Origin: an uncultured Bacilli bacterium
GTDB taxonomy: Bacteria > Bacillota_I > Bacilli_A > RF39 > UBA660
DNA: 54,977 nucleotides
Direction of reading: 5' to 3'
Assembly (NCBI GenBank): GCA_944372455.1
Contig: CALVZF010000003.1
Span: 1 to 54,977 of the forward strand
The notes under the pieces were generated by a model. That model was not told the origin of the DNA. It made no database searches and worked only from the letters and a program-made list of their open reading frames with translations. Each line of letters starts with the position of its first letter. Position 1 is the stretch's first letter. Shown one piece after another: positions 28,794 to 38,384 of the stretch. Made by a program: the position numbers and the translations under genes.

Positions 28794-28877
28794 TTAAATG
28801 AATGCCCCTAGTATAATTACTAATAAGATAAATAATACTAAAACGATTGCAGCGCAAGAAACGTATGATTGACCCAT
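28794..28877 (-). CDS. YjcZ/SscA-family small sporulation protein (27 aa)
   Basis: MGQSYVSCAAIVLVLFILLVIILGAFI* with an AAGGAGG RBS and the VLFILL.II.G family signature. Confidence 0.8.
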   Translation of the reverse strand: MGQSYVSCAAIVLVLFILLVIILGAFI

Positions 28878-29093
28878 AATTCATTCCTCCTTTTTTCTTA
28901 TTCACAGTATTTTATACAAAAAGTATAAGAAGTGTGAATATTTATTGATTAAAAATAATAAATTTTATATTATTGATTATTTTATTTTTTCAAACGTTTT
29001 AATAATTTTTATTATGAAATAACACTTTTTATTGTTTTTTTTATTTTATTTTGTTATTATAATATTGTTTACGTTGAAAGGAGAATTATAATA

Positions 29094-30056
29094 ATGCATA
29101 AAAAAATATTATTAGTATTATCATTTGGATTACTATTTGTTACTGGTTGTGGAAAAGTACCACAATTAAAAAATGGTGAAGAAGTATTTTTACAGGTTGA
29201 TGGTAAAAATGTAAGCGCCAATGACATTTATAATGATTTAAAAGAAAAATATGCTAGAGATGAAATAATTGAAACTATAGATAAAATCATTCTTGAAAAA
29301 AAATATAAAGAAGATGAGGCTTTAAAAGAATATGTTGATGCTCAAATTAACAATTACATTCAACAATATGGCGAAGAAGGCTTTAGGCAAGCTTTAAGTC
29401 AATCAAATATGACAGAAAATGATTTAAGAGCTACAATTGCTTTAGATTATAGAAGAAATTTAGCTGTTAACGATTATGTAAAAGCACAAATTACCGATGA
29501 TGAAATCAACAAATATTATGAAAACGATGTAAGAGGAGATATTAAAGCTAGTCATATTTTAATTAAACCTGATACTACTGATAGTAGTACTGATGAAGAA
29601 AAACAAACCGCTGAAGAAGAAGCTTTAAATAAAGCTAAAGATGTTATTAGTAGGTTAAATAATGGAGAAAAATTTGAAGATTTAGCTAAAGAATTATCTG
29701 ATGATGAAGGTTCAAAAGAAAATGGTGGAGATTTAGGATATTTCTCTAAGGGTAGCATGGTTGATGCATTTGAAGAAGCTGTTGTAAAACTTGAAAATGG
29801 TAAATATACTACAGAGCCAGTTAAATCAGAATATGGGTATCACATTATTTTAAAAGTTGACCAAAAGGAAAAACCAAAATTAAAAGAAGTAAAAGATGAA
29901 ATAATTGATACATTAGTAACTAATAAATTAAATGAAGATGTAACATTAAAATATAAAGCATTATATGAAATAAGAAAAGATGCTAACCTTGAAATTCATG
30001 ATGATGAAACTAAGAAAAAATATGAATCATATATGAAAGAATTAATGTCTAATTAA
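29094..30056 (+). CDS. prsA: Foldase lipoprotein PrsA (parvulin PPIase)
   Basis: Lipobox VTGC, ASHILI, FEDLAKELS.D, GGDLG and SEYGYHII. Confidence 0.93.
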   Translation: MHKKILLVLSFGLLFVTGCGKVPQLKNGEEVFLQVDGKNVSANDIYNDLKEKYARDEIIETIDKIILEKKYKEDEALKEYVDAQINNYIQQYGEEGFRQALSQSNMTENDLRATIALDYRRNLAVNDYVKAQITDDEINKYYENDVRGDIKASHILIKPDTTDSSTDEEKQTAEEEALNKAKDVISRLNNGEKFEDLAKELSDDEGSKENGGDLGYFSKGSMVDAFEEAVVKLENGKYTTEPVKSEYGYHIILKVDQKEKPKLKEVKDEIIDTLVTNKLNEDVTLKYKALYEIRKDANLEIHDDETKKKYESYMKELMSN

Positions 30057-30081
30057 AAAATAATCACTTCTAAGTAAGTGA

Positions 30082-31194
30082 TTATTTTTTTACAATGAAT
30101 GCATTTGGAATTCTTCTCATTCCAGAAGGAGTAGCAGCTACTGGATTATTCATTACTTTATTATTAACAACTAAAGTAGTAGAAGATCCACCATCTAAAT
30201 TAGCTGCATTGTAAGCTCCGTAATTATACATAATATCTTGAACATCTTTTATACTAGCTCCAATACTAGTAGCTCTTCTGCCATCTATTACTAACATTAA
30301 AATAATACCATCTTTACGTTGTCCAATAACAGTTCTAGGACCATATCCCCAGCCACCATTACCGTATATTTTACTTTTTTGTCCATTAATAATTAAAAAT
30401 GGACCAAACTGTATAGCATCTCTAATTTTATTTTTTTTAATTTCAGAAATTCCCATATTACCAAGGATTAATTTGTTATCCTCAGTTAATCCAATTAGAT
30501 TACCTCTATCATTATTTTCAAATTTGTATATTATTTCCCCATCTTTAACAGTTAAACCAACTGGAATTCCTCCTTGACTTTTCCAATCTGGATCGTAAAA
30601 ACCTCCTCCATTAATTGCCACTACAGCATCATTATTTTTTGCTATATCTGTAATAAGTTCTCCTTGTTGTCCAAGATATTTAGAATGAGCAATAGTGACT
30701 TTTGATGGATCGTAAACTGCTACTAAAAATCCTTTATAAGTAGCTTCTCTAATTTCAATTACTTTATATAAATTTTCTTCACTAGTTCTTTTAAGAATTG
30801 CTTTCTCATATTTATTAGCGTAGTTTTGATATATATTTTTATCATAATTTTTTATTAAAATATCACTTGTATCTGTTATTTCATTTGTTGAAATAATTTT
30901 ATTTTTTTCTAGAACTTTTCTTATAGTTTCATCATCATAAAACCAAGTTGCTAAATATTGATGATTTAAAGTAGTCATTGCAGTAGTTATTAAAGTTTCT
31001 CTAAAAAATGCCCAAGGACCATATAGTAGGAACAGACCACTACTTAGTAAAAAGATTAATATTGATGATACTATTATAATTACTTTTTTAAAAGTAGACA
31101 TTTTTTTCTTTTCTAACTTTTTTTTAGCTTTTTTTATTTGTTCAGTATCTACAAGACCTGTTAATATTTCAGTATTAAAATTATTGTCCTTCAT
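30082..31194 (-). CDS. Phosphodiester glycosidase (NAGPA/EpsL-like) family protein
   Basis: AINGGGF, GPFL, PRTVIGQ, IDGR and NLDGGSS. Likely start MKDNN. Confidence 0.88.
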   Translation of the reverse strand: MKDNNFNTEILTGLVDTEQIKKAKKKLEKKKMSTFKKVIIIVSSILIFLLSSGLFLLYGPWAFFRETLITTAMTTLNHQYLATWFYDDETIRKVLEKNKIISTNEITDTSDILIKNYDKNIYQNYANKYEKAILKRTSEENLYKVIEIREATYKGFLVAVYDPSKVTIAHSKYLGQQGELITDIAKNNDAVVAINGGGFYDPDWKSQGGIPVGLTVKDGEIIYKFENNDRGNLIGLTEDNKLILGNMGISEIKKNKIRDAIQFGPFLIINGQKSKIYGNGGWGYGPRTVIGQRKDGIILMLVIDGRRATSIGASIKDVQDIMYNYGAYNAANLDGGSSTTLVVNNKVMNNPVAATPSGMRRIPNAFIVKK

Positions 31195-31771
31195 TTTGTT
31201 TTCCTTTATATGTACCATCACCATTAAAATCTATATAATCATTATAATTATTACTAACATAGTGTTTTAATGGATTTTTGTTGTCAATCTTATTACTATT
31301 TAACCATTCATTGTAATCATCAATATTTTTATTAAACATTTCTATATCGTTTACAAATAAATTAATTATTACCTCGTAATTATCATTAAAACTACCACAT
31401 TTTTGATTAATTTCACTATTCATAATTCTAATATTTTTGCATTCTATCTTTAAATTTTTGGAATCATTATCTATTTTTTTGATACTATTTTCATAGTTAG
31501 TTAACAGATTGTTAAAGTTTTCTATTTTATTATCCATTTCTTCATAATAGTTATTACTAAATATTTCACTATATATATTATCTCTTTCTTTAGTTATTTC
31601 ATTAGATTGTGATTTAAATAGATCGTAATTATCAATAATAGTATTTATTTTTTCTTGTGTTTCTTTTTTATCTTTTTGATAATTTTTAAAGAAATTATAT
31701 ATTATTAATGTTAGTATAACTACGATAATTACAATTATTATTGAAATAATGATTTTTTTATTTCCATTCAT
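31181..31771 (-). CDS. Membrane-anchored hypothetical protein
   Basis: N-terminal TM, helical body and C-terminal DFNGDG. Confidence 0.75.
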   Translation of the reverse strand: MNGNKKIIISIIIVIIVVILTLIIYNFFKNYQKDKKETQEKINTIIDNYDLFKSQSNEITKERDNIYSEIFSNNYYEEMDNKIENFNNLLTNYENSIKKIDNDSKNLKIECKNIRIMNSEINQKCGSFNDNYEVIINLFVNDIEMFNKNIDDYNEWLNSNKIDNKNPLKHYVSNNYNDYIDFNGDGTYKGKQNEGQ

Positions 31772-31863
31772 ACTCTATACACCCTATTATTAGTATAACA
31801 TTTTTAATTACTGTTATAAATACTTTTTATATAAATAAAACAGCTTACGCTGCTTTATTAATA

Positions 31864-32127
31864 TTAACTGTTATTTTCTGCATAATCAAGATAATTCATA
31901 GTAAATGCTGTAACTAAAAACTCTTTAATTTTTTCATCTTGTACTTTTTGTACAGTAATTTTTCCATTATCATTAAATTCTTCTAAAAATATATATTCGT
32001 TTGTAATATCAGACATATCAGCTTTTATACCTACGGCATAGAAAAATTTTCTATTTTCAATATTTGTAGTATCTAAAAGTAAATAGTGTAAATTATTATC
32101 TAAATCAATAATTGTATCTACATTCAT
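31864..32127 (-). CDS. Small acidic hypothetical protein (DUF1292-like)
   Basis: 87 aa, coupled to the upstream gene. Family guess from composition only. Confidence 0.65.
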   Translation of the reverse strand: MNVDTIIDLDNNLHYLLLDTTNIENRKFFYAVGIKADMSDITNEYIFLEEFNDNGKITVQKVQDEKIKEFLVTAFTMNYLDYAENNS

Positions 32128-33308
32128 CTTTGAATACCTCCAACATTTTCAATAGGTATCAATCTATTATTATTTGCTTCTAATAATAGTTTTTGATTTT
32201 TTAAATCTTCTAGTTGAAGTTGTCTATCATTTGTATCCTCATTTTTATTATTTTCGTTATTTTGAACTTCTTCAGATGTATTTTTATTTGTTTTAAATTT
32301 ATTTAATACTTTATCTACTAATTTTTTTGCGGCAAATCCTAACGCTCCTACACTTGTAACATTAAGTGTAAGTGCGGCTAAAACACTAGCCTTAGCTGCT
32401 TCTGCATTTATTAAAGCTCCATTTATACTTGTCCATAAGCCAGATGGTGCATAACTAGCTCCAATTACTTTGCCCAAAACAAGATTAAAACCATGAAGAG
32501 CCTCTTTTATTATTGGGACTGAAGTATTAGCCCACAAAGTTGAGTTCGCACTCATTAAAGCGGGAATTAAGTAAGCTTGAGCTACTATACAAAAGGCAGC
32601 TAATCCTGCAGCTATTAAAAGTTGTTTTTTATGTTTTTTTAAAAAGTCTACCGCTTTTCTAATTCCTTTAACTTCATGTTTTTCATCATCTATTTTAGTA
32701 ATTGGATCAACCATTTTTGGTGGATTATAAGGTTGTAAATTGTTATTTGGATTATTAATTGATAATGCATTAGAATTTGAAGGAACTAACTCCTTAGGTG
32801 ATGGGACATTAGAATATTTATGAGCATAATATTTTAACATATCATCATAATAAGGATCAGTTTTACTTACGTTATCTAAAATCTCATGAGGATATTTAGC
32901 TCTAGGTTTTGGTATATTAGTGTTAGGATAATATTCTACTTTATTATTAATACCAAAAAAGCTATAATATTGTTTTAAATATTTTTCATATTCTTCAAAA
33001 CTTTGATTAGCCTCTTTTTTCCTAGGTACTGGTATATTAGTTCCAGGAATTATTTTGCTAGTCATTTTTTCATTAAGTTCTAAATGATTTTCTTTCTTCT
33101 TTTTAATTTGTTCATAAGCATCGTTAATTTTTTGAATGATATTATAATTTTCACTACTAGTATTTAAATCAGGATGATATATTTTTACTAATTCATTACG
33201 TCTACTAGTAATTTCTGCAAAACTATTATTTGGAGTAACACCTAATATGTCATAAGGATCATTACTATTAAAATCTGATTTTAAAAATGTATTACCATTT
33301 TCATTCAT
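32124..33308 (-). CDS. J-domain membrane protein
   Basis: DPYDILGV...YHPD...INDAYE, followed by an internal repeat and hydrophobic helices. Confidence 0.8.
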   Translation of the reverse strand: MNENGNTFLKSDFNSNDPYDILGVTPNNSFAEITSRRNELVKIYHPDLNTSSENYNIIQKINDAYEQIKKKKENHLELNEKMTSKIIPGTNIPVPRKKEANQSFEEYEKYLKQYYSFFGINNKVEYYPNTNIPKPRAKYPHEILDNVSKTDPYYDDMLKYYAHKYSNVPSPKELVPSNSNALSINNPNNNLQPYNPPKMVDPITKIDDEKHEVKGIRKAVDFLKKHKKQLLIAAGLAAFCIVAQAYLIPALMSANSTLWANTSVPIIKEALHGFNLVLGKVIGASYAPSGLWTSINGALINAEAAKASVLAALTLNVTSVGALGFAAKKLVDKVLNKFKTNKNTSEEVQNNENNKNEDTNDRQLQLEDLKNQKLLLEANNNRLIPIENVGGIQR

Positions 33309-33471
33309 ATTTTCACTTCCCCGTATAATATATTTTATAATTTATAATACTTACCGACTATTTACTTTTAATAATACTCTAACGGTACTTATTAGTATAT
33401 TTCTTATTAAAGAATACAATAAGTTTAAGTCTTGGTCAAGTCTTTTTATTAATATATAAACTAAAATAAAG

Positions 33472-34485
33472 TTAATTAAGTTCTAATACTGGAACAGCAT
33501 TTAGGGTTAAATCAGCAGTTATTCCTTTTTTTAAAGCATAGTAAGCAGCGCAACCTATCATAGCAGCATTATCTGTACAATATTCAATTGGTGGAATTAA
33601 TAGTTCAATATTATTTTCCTTACAAAGTTTATTTAGACTATCTCTTAAACCTTTATTGGCTGCTACCCCACCAGCTACTATTAATTGTTTAATATTATAT
33701 TCTTTAACTGCTTTAATAGTTTTCTTACAAATAATATTTACAACTGTTTCTTGAAAAGAACACGCTAAATCTTTTTTATTAATTTCATTTCCTCTTTGTT
33801 TTTCGTTATGCGCTAAATTAATAACTGCACTTTTTATTCCACTAAAACTAAAATTATAGCTGTCATCGTCCATTGGTGTCGGAAGTTTATAAGTATGATT
33901 TCCCATTTTAGCTAATTTATCAATTCTTGGTCCCCCTGGGTATGGAAGATCAATAACACGGGCTACTTTATCATAGGCTTCACCTATTGCATCATCTAAA
34001 GTTCCACCTAGATATTCAAAAGAATAGTCTTCTTTCATAAGAACTAACTCTGTATGTCCTCCGCTTACTACAAGGGCAATTAATGGAAATTTAAATTTCC
34101 CAACTAATCTATTAGCATATATATGTCCAGCAATATGATGCACTGGAATTAAAGGTTTGTTATATATAAAAGATAGTGTTTTAGCACATTGTAATCCCAC
34201 TAATAACGCACCAGATAGTCCTGGTCCATAAGTTACTCCAATTGCATCTATGTCTTCTAATTTCATGTTAGATTTATCCAATAATTCTTCTAAAACTATT
34301 GTAATATTCTCTATATGGTTTCTTGAAGCTATTTCAGGGACAACCCCACCATATTGTTTATGTATATCCATTTGCGATAAAGTAACTGTTCCAATTTCGG
34401 TATTTCCATTTTTAATAATACTCATACTTGTTTCATCACAACTAGATTCTATTGCTAAAATAAATTTATCATTCATATAAATCAC
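33472..34485 (-). CDS. tsaD: tRNA t6A threonylcarbamoyltransferase TsaD
   Basis: IESSCDET, GGVVPEIASR.H, HHIAGH, VSGGHT and CTDNAAMI. Confidence 0.97.
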   Translation of the reverse strand: MIYMNDKFILAIESSCDETSMSIIKNGNTEIGTVTLSQMDIHKQYGGVVPEIASRNHIENITIVLEELLDKSNMKLEDIDAIGVTYGPGLSGALLVGLQCAKTLSFIYNKPLIPVHHIAGHIYANRLVGKFKFPLIALVVSGGHTELVLMKEDYSFEYLGGTLDDAIGEAYDKVARVIDLPYPGGPRIDKLAKMGNHTYKLPTPMDDDSYNFSFSGIKSAVINLAHNEKQRGNEINKKDLACSFQETVVNIICKKTIKAVKEYNIKQLIVAGGVAANKGLRDSLNKLCKENNIELLIPPIEYCTDNAAMIGCAAYYALKKGITADLTLNAVPVLELN

Positions 34486-34569
34486 CCGTAATACGTAACT
34501 ATTTTACTACACTTTTAATAATTTTACAAATTAAAAAAACATCTCATTAAAATATTTGAGATGGTATTA

Positions 34570-34959
34570 TCATAATTTTTTTTCCATTAAAATTCCATCT
34601 ATTCCATTATAATACCCTTTTCTTTTAGCCACTTCTTTAAATCCAAATTTTCTATATAGACTAATCGCACTATTATTTTTTATATTGACCTCTAAAGTTA
34701 TATTATCTTTTTCTTTAACTTCGTTAATTAAATAACTTAACAAATTATAAGCAATATGCTTTCTACGACAATTTTTATGGGTAAAAATGTAAATTATTTC
34801 TACTTTCTCATATATAACATCATAAATTAAAAAACCCAATACTTTATCAGATTCTAAATAAACTATTGTGTTAGTAAAAGGACTTTTACTTAACAAAACC
34901 TTTTTATTATCTGAAATTTCCTTTATTTGATTAAAATAATTATCTGATTTTACAATCAT
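34570..34959 (-). CDS. rimI: GNAT acetyltransferase (RimI-like)
   Basis: ITLEV...N..AI.LY.KFGF....RKGYY, in the tsa operon. Confidence 0.8.
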   Translation of the reverse strand: MIVKSDNYFNQIKEISDNKKVLLSKSPFTNTIVYLESDKVLGFLIYDVIYEKVEIIYIFTHKNCRRKHIAYNLLSYLINEVKEKDNITLEVNIKNNSAISLYRKFGFKEVAKRKGYYNGIDGILMEKKL

Positions 34960-35549
34960 TAAATCACTTCTTTTAAATAGTTTGGATTAACTTCATGTGG
35001 ATTAATAAGAGCTTGTTTATTATAATATTCAATTATTTTTTCAATATTTATATTTTGATTTAAATTATTCTCTGTTACTTCAATTGTTTTTATATTTCCT
35101 TTTAACTCTCCTATTTTCTTTTCAAGTTCTTCTTGGTTTATTAATTTTTCAAATAAAGTATTATAATTTTTGTCATAAACACCTACAAATGATAAATCTT
35201 TTTTATCTTTCATTATAACTAAATAATTATCATAGTTATTATAATTTAATATTTGCATTTTTAAACTTGATACTGTAACTATTTCTTTTTTTAAGGCATA
35301 AGCAATTGTTTTAGCAATTGTTACTCCTATTCTTATACCTGTAAATGAACCTGGACCATTTACTACGTATATTTTTGAAATATCTTTAACATATAGAGAA
35401 TTTCTTTCAAGAATTTCTTTTAATTTTTCCACTGCATAAATAGAGTGTTCTCGTAATGATTCTATTTTTAAAGTGTCAACTAATTTTTGATCCTTTACAA
35501 TAGCTAAAAGTAAAGTTGTAGAAGAAGTATCTAAAAAGAGGCTTATCAT
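34959..35549 (-). CDS. tsaB: t6A biosynthesis protein TsaB
   Basis: LDTS, HS and GPGSFTGIRIG. Confidence 0.94.
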   Translation of the reverse strand: MISLFLDTSSTTLLLAIVKDQKLVDTLKIESLREHSIYAVEKLKEILERNSLYVKDISKIYVVNGPGSFTGIRIGVTIAKTIAYALKKEIVTVSSLKMQILNYNNYDNYLVIMKDKKDLSFVGVYDKNYNTLFEKLINQEELEKKIGELKGNIKTIEVTENNLNQNINIEKIIEYYNKQALINPHEVNPNYLKEVI

Positions 35550-35998
35550 TATAAAACAGCCTCACATATTTCTTCGTATTTTTCTCCGTGTGGAGTAATT
35601 TTAAATATTCTTACATCTTCATCTACTACTTTAATATTTATATCTAATCTTTCTTCTGGTAAATAATCTTCTATCATATCAGCCCATTCTATAACTACTA
35701 TACCACCTTTTTTGTAGTATTCGTCTAATCCTAGTCCGTCTACTTTACCGTTTAATCTGTAAACATCCATATGATATAGTGGTAACTCTCCATTGTATTC
35801 TTTAATAATATTAAAGGTAGGAGAAGTAATAGTTTCATTTATTCCTAATGCATCGGCAATTCCTTTTGTAAAAACTGTCTTACCGCTTCCAAGATCGCCT
35901 CTAAGACAAATAATCATGTTTGGAAATTTTTCTGATTCAAAGTTTTGGGCTAACTCAATTGTTTCATCTTCATTTTTTGTTGTAACTTTGTATTCCAT
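35549..35998 (-). CDS. tsaE: t6A biosynthesis ATPase TsaE
   Basis: GDLGSGKT, SPTF, HMDVYRL and IEWA. Likely start MEYKV. Confidence 0.95.
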   Translation of the reverse strand: MEYKVTTKNEDETIELAQNFESEKFPNMIICLRGDLGSGKTVFTKGIADALGINETITSPTFNIIKEYNGELPLYHMDVYRLNGKVDGLGLDEYYKKGGIVVIEWADMIEDYLPEERLDINIKVVDEDVRIFKITPHGEKYEEICEAVL

Positions 35999-36109
35999 TT
36001 TATTATCACCTTTCAACTTTAATTTCAAATCTATTATATCAGAATAAATTATATATATTCAACTCTTTTTTAAATTTTGTAAATTAATTTCATATTATTA
36101 ACAAAGGGA

Positions 36110-36475
36110 TTGAATTTTATGGAAGAAACGAATGAGATAGAACAAATTAATTTATACATTATTGGTGTTATTGTAATTATATTAGTCTTGTTACATGCTA
36201 TTTATTTACTTACAGTAAGGAAGAAAAAAGTTTTAAATGAAGAGACTATAAGCGATGAGGAATATATTCTACAAGGACTTACTAATAGAATAATTGCGGG
36301 AATTGTGGTTTTTATGTTTTTTTGTTTTGCCTATAATAATTTTTCTAATCTTGAAGAGAAAACAACTAATAGTTATTTGCAGTTATCGGTATCGGTTTTA
36401 GCTCTTATAGCTGTTAGTATTGAAATATATTTAGCCTATAGTGCTTATATATCAATTCAAGAAGAAATTTTATAA
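36110..36475 (+). CDS. Hypothetical 3-TM membrane protein
   Basis: Three hydrophobic segments. CATATTAT box upstream (36091-36098). Confidence 0.7.
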   Translation: MNFMEETNEIEQINLYIIGVIVIILVLLHAIYLLTVRKKKVLNEETISDEEYILQGLTNRIIAGIVVFMFFCFAYNNFSNLEEKTTNSYLQLSVSVLALIAVSIEIYLAYSAYISIQEEIL

Positions 36476-36520
36476 AGATTTTAAATAAAAAAATCATTGA
36501 TTATTCAACGATTTTCAAAA

Positions 36521-36958
36521 TTATTTCTTTTTCTTTTTAGTATTTTTTTTCTTCTCTTCCTTAATTCTAGCTTTTTCCTCTTTAAATTCCTTTTTATAAG
36601 CCGGCTTTAATTGATAACCGTAAGTTTTATATGACCAACCAAGCAACATACCTATTCCATAACTAAATGAATATATTAATGAATATACAAATAAATCAAC
36701 TGAATAAAACCAGAAGATAGCTGGAATAAATAAAAGTCCAGGGATTAAGCACATAAAAAAGTTTAGTCTATATTTATATGAATCATAAGTTGAAATGGTA
36801 ATAATTATTAATAGATTAAACACTACTAAAAATAAAGCATTTATTATATCTCTAGCACTTTCACTAAGAAACTCTATTGATATAAAAGGAATTAGATACA
36901 TTATAATTAAGTATATTAAGACTTGTATGCCTACTCTTTTATAAATATCTTTAAACAT
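36521..36958 (-). CDS. Hypothetical 4-TM membrane protein with a basic tail
   Basis: Hydrophobic helices and an AAGGAG RBS. Confidence 0.75.
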   Translation of the reverse strand: MFKDIYKRVGIQVLIYLIIMYLIPFISIEFLSESARDIINALFLVVFNLLIIITISTYDSYKYRLNFFMCLIPGLLFIPAIFWFYSVDLFVYSLIYSFSYGIGMLLGWSYKTYGYQLKPAYKKEFKEEKARIKEEKKKNTKKKKK

Positions 36959-37066
36959 ATCACACTCTCCTTATATTTACATTAAAATTAAATCATATTT
37001 TGAAAAAATATGCAACTAATATCATTATTTTTATTTGAATGCATAATTTATTATTGGGTGGTAATT

Positions 37067-37588
37067 ATGAATGAAAATTTTAAAGTAGCTTTAAATATTC
37101 CATATCCTAAAATAGAAATATCTAGTAAAGATCCAAATTTTGCTTATAAAATTTTTAATGTTTATGCGGGAAAAGTTAGTGAACTTAGTGCAATTACTCA
37201 ATATTCATTTCAAAGTTTTTATTTGAAAAATTATTCTGAGTTAAGTAAGATTTTAGAACAAATTGCGGAAGTAGAAATGAGGCATTTAAAAATATTAGGA
37301 GAATTAATAAAAGAATTAGGATTAACTCCATATTATGTTACCTATTGCTGTGGAAATAGGGCTAATCCATGGAATGCTGATTTCATAGATTTTACTACTG
37401 ATTATAGAAGTATGTTACTTAGTAATATTAATTCCGAAGTTATTGCAATTAAAGATTATAATAATTTAATTTCATATACAAATGATCCAAATATAAAAGA
37501 AATAATTAAAAGAATTATAATAGATGAAGAACATCATCTTAAAATTTTTACTGAATTATTAAGACAGTATGACTCTTATGAAAACTAG
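37067..37588 (+). CDS. Ferritin-like (rubrerythrin/Mn-catalase-like) protein
   Basis: SELSAITQY, EMRH, E..AI..Y and DEEHH di-metal motifs. Likely start MNENF. Confidence 0.85.
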   Translation: MNENFKVALNIPYPKIEISSKDPNFAYKIFNVYAGKVSELSAITQYSFQSFYLKNYSELSKILEQIAEVEMRHLKILGELIKELGLTPYYVTYCCGNRANPWNADFIDFTTDYRSMLLSNINSEVIAIKDYNNLISYTNDPNIKEIIKRIIIDEEHHLKIFTELLRQYDSYEN

Positions 37589-37689
37589 TTAAAAATTAAA
37601 TTTTTAACTAGTTTTCATACAATTTGTAGCAGATTATAGGTGATGCTTTTTTGCTTTCAAAATAAAAAAAGAAAAATAAATTTCCTTTT

Positions 37690-38325
37690 TTATTTTTCTT
37701 TTTTGTGCATACTTACTAATAAACCAATTGGTATTATAATTATAGTTGCTACTACGCCTATTACAAATTGATTAATTAATTGAATTACTAATTCATTTGA
37801 AGGTATAGTTCCTACTTTTGAAATTAATACAAATATAACTGCATCTAAAATTATTCCTAATAAAACAGCTAAAGCAATCGCAACTCCTTTAAAAGTGTTT
37901 TTTCTTGCAAATTTGTAAAGATAAATACATATAATTTGACTAACTACAAATCCAATTAACGATGCTATTATTGATCTTAAAGCTGGGAAAACTATTCCAG
38001 CTGCACTTGAAGTTCCAAATAAAACGGCTAAAGCATTAGATTTATCAATAGTATCAATTTGATTAGGTAAATTAAGTGTAATTGTTATAAGTACCAATAC
38101 AATTATTTGAATCAAAACTGCACTTAATACACTTTTAAGTGAAGATTTATGTCCATATAACTCTGTAATAGCTACTGTACATAAAAATGTAAATGGATAT
38201 ACAAAGAAACTACAAGCTAAAGGTAGTTTTGCAACCACAGTAATTTTTAGTGCTAAAATATTAGACATAACTAATAAAACAGCTAGTAACGCTGAAAAAA
38301 ATATTTTTCTTCCATCCTTTGTCAA
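37690..38325 (-). CDS. Queuosine precursor transporter (VUT/YhhQ family)
   Basis: SNILALK, YPFTFL....TELYG, RSIIASL..F..SQ and D..IF. Confidence 0.82.
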   Translation of the reverse strand: MTKDGRKIFFSALLAVLLVMSNILALKITVVAKLPLACSFFVYPFTFLCTVAITELYGHKSSLKSVLSAVLIQIIVLVLITITLNLPNQIDTIDKSNALAVLFGTSSAAGIVFPALRSIIASLIGFVVSQIICIYLYKFARKNTFKGVAIALAVLLGIILDAVIFVLISKVGTIPSNELVIQLINQFVIGVVATIIIIPIGLLVSMHKKEK

Positions 38326-38384
38326 AATAATCCCTCCTACTATCTCTATCTACATTATATATTAATAATAAATAAAAGTAAATA

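Noticed and set aside
38326-38384. preQ1 riboswitch upstream of the queuosine precursor transporter
   Set aside because: The gap is only about 60 bp and I see no preQ1 aptamer motif in it.
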